The translations under genes were made by a program, and so were the position numbers. The notes under the pieces were generated by a model. The model saw only the letters and a list, made by a program, of their open reading frames with translations. It had not been told where the DNA came from and ran no database searches. This document shows positions 26,968 through 32,000 of a DNA stretch of 32,000 bases, one piece after another. The DNA comes from Segetibacter sp. (GTDB lineage: Bacteria; Bacteroidota; Bacteroidia; Chitinophagales; Chitinophagaceae), in the NCBI GenBank assembly GCA_021154405.1, contig JAJKIP010000122.1:7874-39873 (forward strand), given 5' to 3'. The stretch's first letter is position 1. Each line of letters starts with the position of its first letter.

Positions 26968-27178
26968 AAGCGGTTCTTTTTTTAAGTGTTTAGCTTTTCT
27001 ATCGATTAGCGATGCACTAAATGTAGAACCTGTGGAAATGCGAGACTAGGTGAGAAAAACAATGATTTTTGGTGAAAAAACGCCGCAGGAAACACCCGTT
27101 TCAGAATATTTTCTTCAGTATTATTTGAGTTTATTCTCCCAGTAGCTGGGAATATAATTGAATCAGTCCCTGATTTTA

Positions 27179-28327
27179 TTAGTCAAACAACCGCCCCTGT
27201 TCTCCAGGTCTCCTGAAAATAGTAGTATCCAGACTCCATTCTTCCTCATTCATGCCATACAGTTTTCCGTACTTCTTGTATTGCTGTGAAACCATCTGGG
27301 CGATACTTCCTTCTCCACGCATTCTCACCCCCCAGCGTGTATCATTTACTTTTCCATCATGGCTTTCTTCAATCATGTGCCATACCTTATCTGCCCTGTC
27401 TGGGAAATTTTTGTATAGCCAGTCGTGGAAGAGAAATTTTATAGCTCCATTGAGCCGGATATAAGTATAAGCAGTAAAAGTAGCACCGCTTTCACTGGCT
27501 GCTTTCATGATCCGTTGCATTTCATGTTCATTAAGGCCAGGTATCATTGGCCCCATCATAACACCCATTCTTACGCCAGCCTTGCTTAAGTCTTCAATAA
27601 CTTTCAGTTTCTGTTTTGCAGTAGTAGTACGCGGTTCCATTACACGACGAAGATCCTCATTAAAGGAAGTGATGGATACCATGGCAGACACAAGCTGTTT
27701 CTTTGCCATTTCCTGCAGAATGTCCTTATCTTTTATTATCCATGAATTTTTAGTAAGGATACCCACAGGCTGATTGAACTCATTGCATACCTCAAGCAGG
27801 GAACGGGTGAGGCGGTACTTTTGTTCGGCTGGCTGATAACAATCTGTATTGCCACTGAGCATTATGGGAGTGCATTCCCATTTTGGATGCATAAGGAACT
27901 TGCGAAGCAATTGAGGGGCATTCTTCTTCACAATGATCTTACGCTCAAAATCAAGGCCCGCACTATAGCCCCAATACTCATGCACATTGCGCGCATAACA
28001 ATAAATGCAACCATGTTCACAACCTGCATATGGATTCATGCTATAAGCCATACCCACATCCGGACTCTCCACTTTATTGACTATGGTTTTTGATTCCTGT
28101 TCCAGATACTGGGTAGGTGAGTTGTCTTCCGACCAATCGTCCACCGCCTCTATATGTTCCCTTGTCTTTTCATTCTTTAAGAATCTGTTCTTTGTATTGA
28201 ACTGTGCTCCCCTTCCCTGCAGGTATTGTGGCACCTGGTTTTCCTTTTCTTCATTATCTGGGGATATATTATTTTCTGTTTTCTTTGGGCTGATCTTATA
28301 ATGATCCTGGTTTAATTTTTCAGACAT
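27179..28327 (-). CDS. PA0069-family radical SAM protein (COG1533, SplB-like 'DNA repair photolyase' group)
   Basis: GRGAQFNTKNRFLK followed by the CxxxCxxC cluster in NPYAGCEHGCIYCYARN. I place the start at the ATG at 28327 (MSEKLNQ...) because the longer ORF's first 21 codons (MRFFVLLFLFFFEMG...) just translate a polypyrimidine tract. Confidence 0.8.
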   Translation of the reverse strand: MSEKLNQDHYKISPKKTENNISPDNEEKENQVPQYLQGRGAQFNTKNRFLKNEKTREHIEAVDDWSEDNSPTQYLEQESKTIVNKVESPDVGMAYSMNPYAGCEHGCIYCYARNVHEYWGYSAGLDFERKIIVKKNAPQLLRKFLMHPKWECTPIMLSGNTDCYQPAEQKYRLTRSLLEVCNEFNQPVGILTKNSWIIKDKDILQEMAKKQLVSAMVSITSFNEDLRRVMEPRTTTAKQKLKVIEDLSKAGVRMGVMMGPMIPGLNEHEMQRIMKAASESGATFTAYTYIRLNGAIKFLFHDWLYKNFPDRADKVWHMIEESHDGKVNDTRWGVRMRGEGSIAQMVSQQYKKYGKLYGMNEEEWSLDTTIFRRPGEQGRLFD

Positions 28328-28567
28328 AGATTTTGTTTTATCCCGGCCCATCTCGAAAAAGAAAAGGAAAAGGAGAACAAAGAATCGCACTCGCCAGGCT
28401 TCTTCACAATACCATTCTTTATTCTCCTTAATGCAGAAAGACCTGCACCCTTGTTTTGGACGGATACTGATTAACTAGAATACCAGAACTCAAAAAACGC
28501 ACTACATGCTGGCGGATAAGGGGTATTTATGGTTGAACCCGATAGCTACCGGGTCAAATCTCTTTGC

Positions 28568-29197
28568 TTAACCAAACAGCTGGCCCTGCCTGGTTGCAAC
28601 CGGCAAGTTTTGAAAAGTGAAACGCTCTACAACCTGGTATTTCTCCCGGTTGTTACCGGGATCACCCACCGGCCTTTTCAGCAGAACCATGGAATCGGCA
28701 ATGAAACGGCCTGCAAAATGTTTCTGGCTATACTCCAGCCATCCTTTTTCATATTGCCAGGGTTTTAACTTCCTCGCAATAGTGAGGTGTGGCTCCATGA
28801 TAAAATGCGGTTTGTTATCCTCATTCAGCTTCATGAGCCGTTGTACTTCACTGCGTATCTGTTTCACCAGCCCCTGCACCGGCACTTTGGAGGTAATGGC
28901 GATATATATCGTGTGAGAAGGAAAACTCCCGAAATCCTTCAACTCTACTTTAAAGGGCGGATATCCCATAGCCACCGTCCTCAAACGGTTAATGATCCTC
29001 TCCTCCATCATCTCATACTGGAGGAAATTGACCAAACCCAAATTTGGTTTGCCACCCATTCCAGATTCCACCTTAAAGGCTTCCTGAAATTCTTTCTTTA
29101 CCTGCATCACACGGTTCCCCAGATCAGCATGCGGATAAACCACCAGCATGTATTCAAAAACCCCATACCCGGGCATTGTCATTCCTGTCAACTGCAT
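28568..29197 (-). CDS. 2H-phosphoesterase / 2'-5' RNA ligase-like family protein
   Basis: The layout fits the LigT-like fold: YMLVVYP strand, FKVELKDFGSF, and a second motif EPHLTIARKL (HxTx). The first HxTx position reads NLGL. The assignment rests on pattern and is moderate. Confidence 0.5.
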   Translation of the reverse strand: MQLTGMTMPGYGVFEYMLVVYPHADLGNRVMQVKKEFQEAFKVESGMGGKPNLGLVNFLQYEMMEERIINRLRTVAMGYPPFKVELKDFGSFPSHTIYIAITSKVPVQGLVKQIRSEVQRLMKLNEDNKPHFIMEPHLTIARKLKPWQYEKGWLEYSQKHFAGRFIADSMVLLKRPVGDPGNNREKYQVVERFTFQNLPVATRQGQLFG

Positions 29198-29349
29198 AAC
29201 CCATCTTTATAATTATTAATTAATTACCTATATTCTTAGCATAAATTTACTAATATTTTTAGTTTTACCAAAAATATTTCTGACCTTTAGGATGAAAACC
29301 GAATTCACATATCGCCTATGGATGAACACCAGGCTTAAATTATTTTTTT

Positions 29350-29781
29350 ATGGATGAGGAAGAATTCTATGGAGCCGCCTACAAGGGTTCCAAACAGTTT
29401 ACCCAGCAACAGGTAAAAACTGCCAATGCAACCGGTTTTGGTGCGGCTGCCGATGATTTTATGGAACGCGGCATTGATCTCAATGAACAACTGATCCGCA
29501 ATAAACCTGCAACGTATTTTTTTCGCATGAAGGGCGATGCCATGCGTGAAGCTGGCATATTCGATAATGATGTACTAATAGTAGATCGTTCAATCAAGCT
29601 GGGTGAAGGAAGGATCATAGTTGCCATTCTCAACGGTGAAATGCTGGTGAGACGTTTTCATAAAAACTTTTCCTCCGCCTTTCTGATACCGGAGAATAAT
29701 CGGTACAAGGCCATCAACCTGGCGGAGTTCACTGATTTTTCCGTATGGGGGGTAGTCACTTTCGTGATCCATGCGGTGTAA
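29350..29781 (+). CDS. umuD: UmuD-like S24-family protein with a substituted catalytic dyad
   Basis: It aligns block for block with E. coli UmuD as I recall it: GFGAAADDFMERGIDLNEQLIRNKPATYFFRMKGDAMREAGIFDNDVLIVD...NGEMLVRRF...VWGVVTFVIHAV versus [37 protein letters not shown]...DGEFTVKKL...VFGVVIHVVK. It lies immediately upstream of umuC. Confidence 0.85.
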   Translation: MDEEEFYGAAYKGSKQFTQQQVKTANATGFGAAADDFMERGIDLNEQLIRNKPATYFFRMKGDAMREAGIFDNDVLIVDRSIKLGEGRIIVAILNGEMLVRRFHKNFSSAFLIPENNRYKAINLAEFTDFSVWGVVTFVIHAV

Positions 29782-29792
29782 ACAATTACAGC

Positions 29793-31076
29793 ATGAAAGC
29801 AATCGTAGACTGTAATAATTTTTACTGCTCGTGTGAGCGATTGTTCAAACCATGGCTCGAAAATAAGCCGGTAGTGGTATTGAGCAATAATGACGGTTGC
29901 ATTGTATCAAGAAGTGATGAAGCCAAGAAATTTGGTGTTGAAATGGCGGGCCCTTATTTCATGGCAAAACCCCTGATTCAAAAACATGATATCGCCGTAT
30001 TCTCCTCCAATTATAATTTATATGGTGACCTCAGCTGGCGGGTAATGGAAACACTCCGGCTGATGCTTGGTAAAAAAAATGTGGAAGTATATTCAGTTGA
30101 TGAAGCCTTTGTTGACCTCTCTGGTTTTACCCTGGATCAGCTTCCCGCCATTGCCCGCGAAATAAGAGAAACGGTTGAGCAATGGACAGGCATCAGGGTA
30201 TCTGTTGGTGTGGCTCCAACCAAAGTGCTGGCCAAACTCGCCAATCGTTTTTCTAAAAAAGAAAAACAACGTACAGGATGTGTCACTGTATTTGATTCCG
30301 AAGAAAAGATCCTTGATGCTCTGCGAAAAACAGCTGTGGGTGATATCTGGGGTGTAGGCAGAAGATACGCGCACAGCCTGCAGGAAAATTGGGGAATATT
30401 TGATGCCCTGCAACTACGGAATGTAAGTGAAGAATTTGCCCGCACTCACCTGGGTGGAGTTACCGGTGTTCGCCTGGTAAAGGAACTGAGAGGTGAAATA
30501 GCCCGCGAAATGGAAGATGAACTGACCAATAAAAAAATGATCGCAACTACCAGGATGTTTGGATCACCTGTTAGTGATATCAATGCCATCAAAGAAGCTA
30601 TTGCTACCTATACTTCCAGAGCTGCTGAAAAATTACGTCGCCAGCACAGCGCTGCCAGCATGATCAGCATATTTGTTGTCACAAAAGACCAGGACCATAT
30701 GTTGGGATTTAACAAAAGCGGTACCATCAGCACCTATACTAATTTACCTGCTGCCACCTCTATAACCAATGAACTCATTAAACCGGCCGTTGCTATGGTG
30801 GACAGGTTGTACAGGAAAGACACCATGTATAAAAAAGCTGGTGTAATGCTAAGTGGCATCATCCCTGATGAATCCATCCAGGGCAATCTATTCCTCTCTG
30901 AAACTAAAAACTGCGAAAGAAAACTGATGGATATGATCGACAATATCAATTTCAGCCAGCGAGATGACGTGCTTAAATTTGCGGCCTCTGGTACAACCCG
31001 CGACTGGAAAATGCGGCAGGAAATGAGAAGCGGCAGATATACAACAAGATGGGAGGAACTTTTTGAAGTTCATTAA
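29793..31076 (+). CDS. umuC: Y-family DNA polymerase V catalytic subunit
   Basis: MKAIVDCNNFYCSCERLFKPWLENKPVVVLSNNDGCIVSRSDEAKKFGV...FSSNYNLYGDLSWRVM...YSVDEAFVDL...VGVAPTKVLAKLAN closely parallels UmuC. I place the start at the ATG at 29793 rather than the track's 29745, which overlaps umuD. Confidence 0.9.
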   Translation: MKAIVDCNNFYCSCERLFKPWLENKPVVVLSNNDGCIVSRSDEAKKFGVEMAGPYFMAKPLIQKHDIAVFSSNYNLYGDLSWRVMETLRLMLGKKNVEVYSVDEAFVDLSGFTLDQLPAIAREIRETVEQWTGIRVSVGVAPTKVLAKLANRFSKKEKQRTGCVTVFDSEEKILDALRKTAVGDIWGVGRRYAHSLQENWGIFDALQLRNVSEEFARTHLGGVTGVRLVKELRGEIAREMEDELTNKKMIATTRMFGSPVSDINAIKEAIATYTSRAAEKLRRQHSAASMISIFVVTKDQDHMLGFNKSGTISTYTNLPAATSITNELIKPAVAMVDRLYRKDTMYKKAGVMLSGIIPDESIQGNLFLSETKNCERKLMDMIDNINFSQRDDVLKFAASGTTRDWKMRQEMRSGRYTTRWEELFEVH

Positions 31077-31997
31077 TCAGCTCTTCTTTTTGCCGTCATT
31101 CATTTTTTGATCGATGAATTTAGGCTTGATAAGATCAAGCCCCAATTTCCTGTTCATCTTTTCAATTAAATATACTGTCAGCTCCGGTGATGTAGCCTCA
31201 TCATGCATGTGCATGAAAAAATACAGTTCCTGTAATCCATTGTCCAGCCAGTACTTCATTCGCTCCACCCATTTATCTATCCGGGTATAATCCGTTTTAT
31301 GCAGGCTGTTTCCCACATAGCGTATTAATGTTTTGGGAATGGTGAGATACATATGGGCTACGTCCCTTCGTCCGGCAGTATCTGTTATCACTGCTCCCAT
31401 TGAATGTTCTTTTAAAAATGTAAACAGCTCCATCCTTTGTTTCTCAGTTGCCAGCCAGGCAGGATGACGAACCTCCAAAAAAAACTGCAGATCAGCAGGC
31501 AGAGCAGTAAGAAAGGTAAAGAGCTCTTCTTTCCGTTTTGGAGTAAATTTCTCATTGACCTGAACGAATATGGGACCGAGGTGCGGCCCAAATGCCCGCA
31601 TGGCACGCAGAAACTCATTAAATAAAAATTTTCTGCTATCGAGCTTTCCTGAATGCGTAAGGCCCTTATACATCTTCGGGCAAAACAGGAAATCTCTTCC
31701 TTTTGCTTTCTCTGCCCATTTGGCTATAGCCCTCTCACCATAAAGTTTATGATGAACAGCATTTAATTCAATTGAATTATAATGTTCTACATACTTATCC
31801 AGGAAATTTCTTTCCCTTGTTTTAGGCGGATAAATTTTCCCAACCCATTCCGTTCTTCCCCATTTTGCACAGCCCACATATATCCTGGGATCACTGATCG
31901 CCTTTCCACTCAATATCTTTTTATTGAATGCAGGTTCAGCAGGGAGAGAAAAATCTACCTTATTCAGGTCCTGTTCAGGTACTCGCCCGAATTCCAT
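31077..31997 (-). CDS. DUF72 (YecE/UPF0759) family protein
   Basis: IYVGCAKWGRTEWVGKIYPPKT...FLDKYVEHYNSIELNAVHHKLY...FCPKMYKGLTH...LGPIFVQV...FLEVRHPAW follows the DUF72 pattern. The complete ORF ends 3 nt before the window edge. Confidence 0.75.
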   Translation of the reverse strand: MEFGRVPEQDLNKVDFSLPAEPAFNKKILSGKAISDPRIYVGCAKWGRTEWVGKIYPPKTRERNFLDKYVEHYNSIELNAVHHKLYGERAIAKWAEKAKGRDFLFCPKMYKGLTHSGKLDSRKFLFNEFLRAMRAFGPHLGPIFVQVNEKFTPKRKEELFTFLTALPADLQFFLEVRHPAWLATEKQRMELFTFLKEHSMGAVITDTAGRRDVAHMYLTIPKTLIRYVGNSLHKTDYTRIDKWVERMKYWLDNGLQELYFFMHMHDEATSPELTVYLIEKMNRKLGLDLIKPKFIDQKMNDGKKKS

Positions 31998-32000
31998 TTT

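Noticed and set aside
27079-27151. Possible terminators downstream of the radical SAM gene: tcccag-tag-ctggga at 27136-27150, and a short stem followed by a T-run at about 27079-27110 on the minus strand.
   Set aside because: The stems are only 5-6 bp, and the T-tract is absent in one case and displaced in the other. This is too weak to annotate.
28328-28390. N-terminal 21-codon extension of the radical SAM ORF (MRFFVLLFLFFFEMGRDKTKS).
   Set aside because: It is simply the translation of a polypyrimidine tract and is unlike the N-termini of this family. The internal ATG at 28327 (MSEKLNQ) is the more plausible start.
29745-29792. Upstream extension of the umuC ORF overlapping the 3' end of the umuD-like gene.
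   Set aside because: The UmuC similarity begins exactly at MKAIVDCNNFY (ATG at 29793), 11 nt after the stop of the umuD-like gene. The extension (MGGSHFRDPCGVNNYS) has no counterpart in UmuC.
1-32000. Mobile elements, CRISPR arrays, rRNA or tRNA genes, and toxin-antitoxin or known defence-system genes.
   Set aside because: None of the ORF translations shows a transposase, integrase, recombinase, Cas or nuclease-helicase defence signature. I saw no regularly spaced repeats other than the 11-bp array. Absence is judged by eye only.

Overview
The window looks like chromosomal DNA from a Bacteroidota genome. The evidence is a UpxY-type NusG paralog leading a polysaccharide operon, a CarboxypepD_reg-type TonB-dependent receptor, a DUF4838 protein and TAnnTTTG-like -7 boxes. 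I cannot place it more precisely without a database search.

Positions 1-17134 form one tightly packed minus-strand capsule/EPS biosynthesis operon that runs off the left edge. Its order is UpxY antiterminator, Wza, Wzc, acyltransferase-3, three SDR enzymes including RfbB, GT-B transferase, Zn-ribbon methyltransferase, RfbA, secreted DUF4838 protein, Wzx flippase, methyltransferase, GT2 and GalE. A 29-codon relic of a second rfbA sits in the operon's only large gap.

The right half is mixed:
- a WbpD-like N-acetyltransferase and an HGSNAT/DUF5009-like membrane protein
- a TonB-dependent receptor followed by a signal-peptide-bearing DUF62 (SAM hydroxide adenosyltransferase family) protein
- an actin-like (ParM/Alp-type) ATPase gene 9 nt upstream of a bactofilin gene
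- a 470-bp repeat-rich convergent spacer
- purU, a conserved hypothetical, a PA0069-type radical SAM protein and a 2H-phosphoesterase-like protein
- a umuD-like/umuC pair in which the UmuD homolog has lost both catalytic-dyad residues
- a DUF72 protein

I saw no rRNA, tRNA, CRISPR array, transposase or integrase.

The strongest candidate for an undescribed system is the chromosomal actin-like plus bactofilin cassette, whose actin-like protein carries a textbook phosphate-1 motif at its extreme C-terminus. Next come the exported DUF62 enzyme paired with an outer-membrane receptor, and the naturally non-cleavable UmuD homolog. All functional calls rest on motif-level recognition of the supplied translations; no searches were run.
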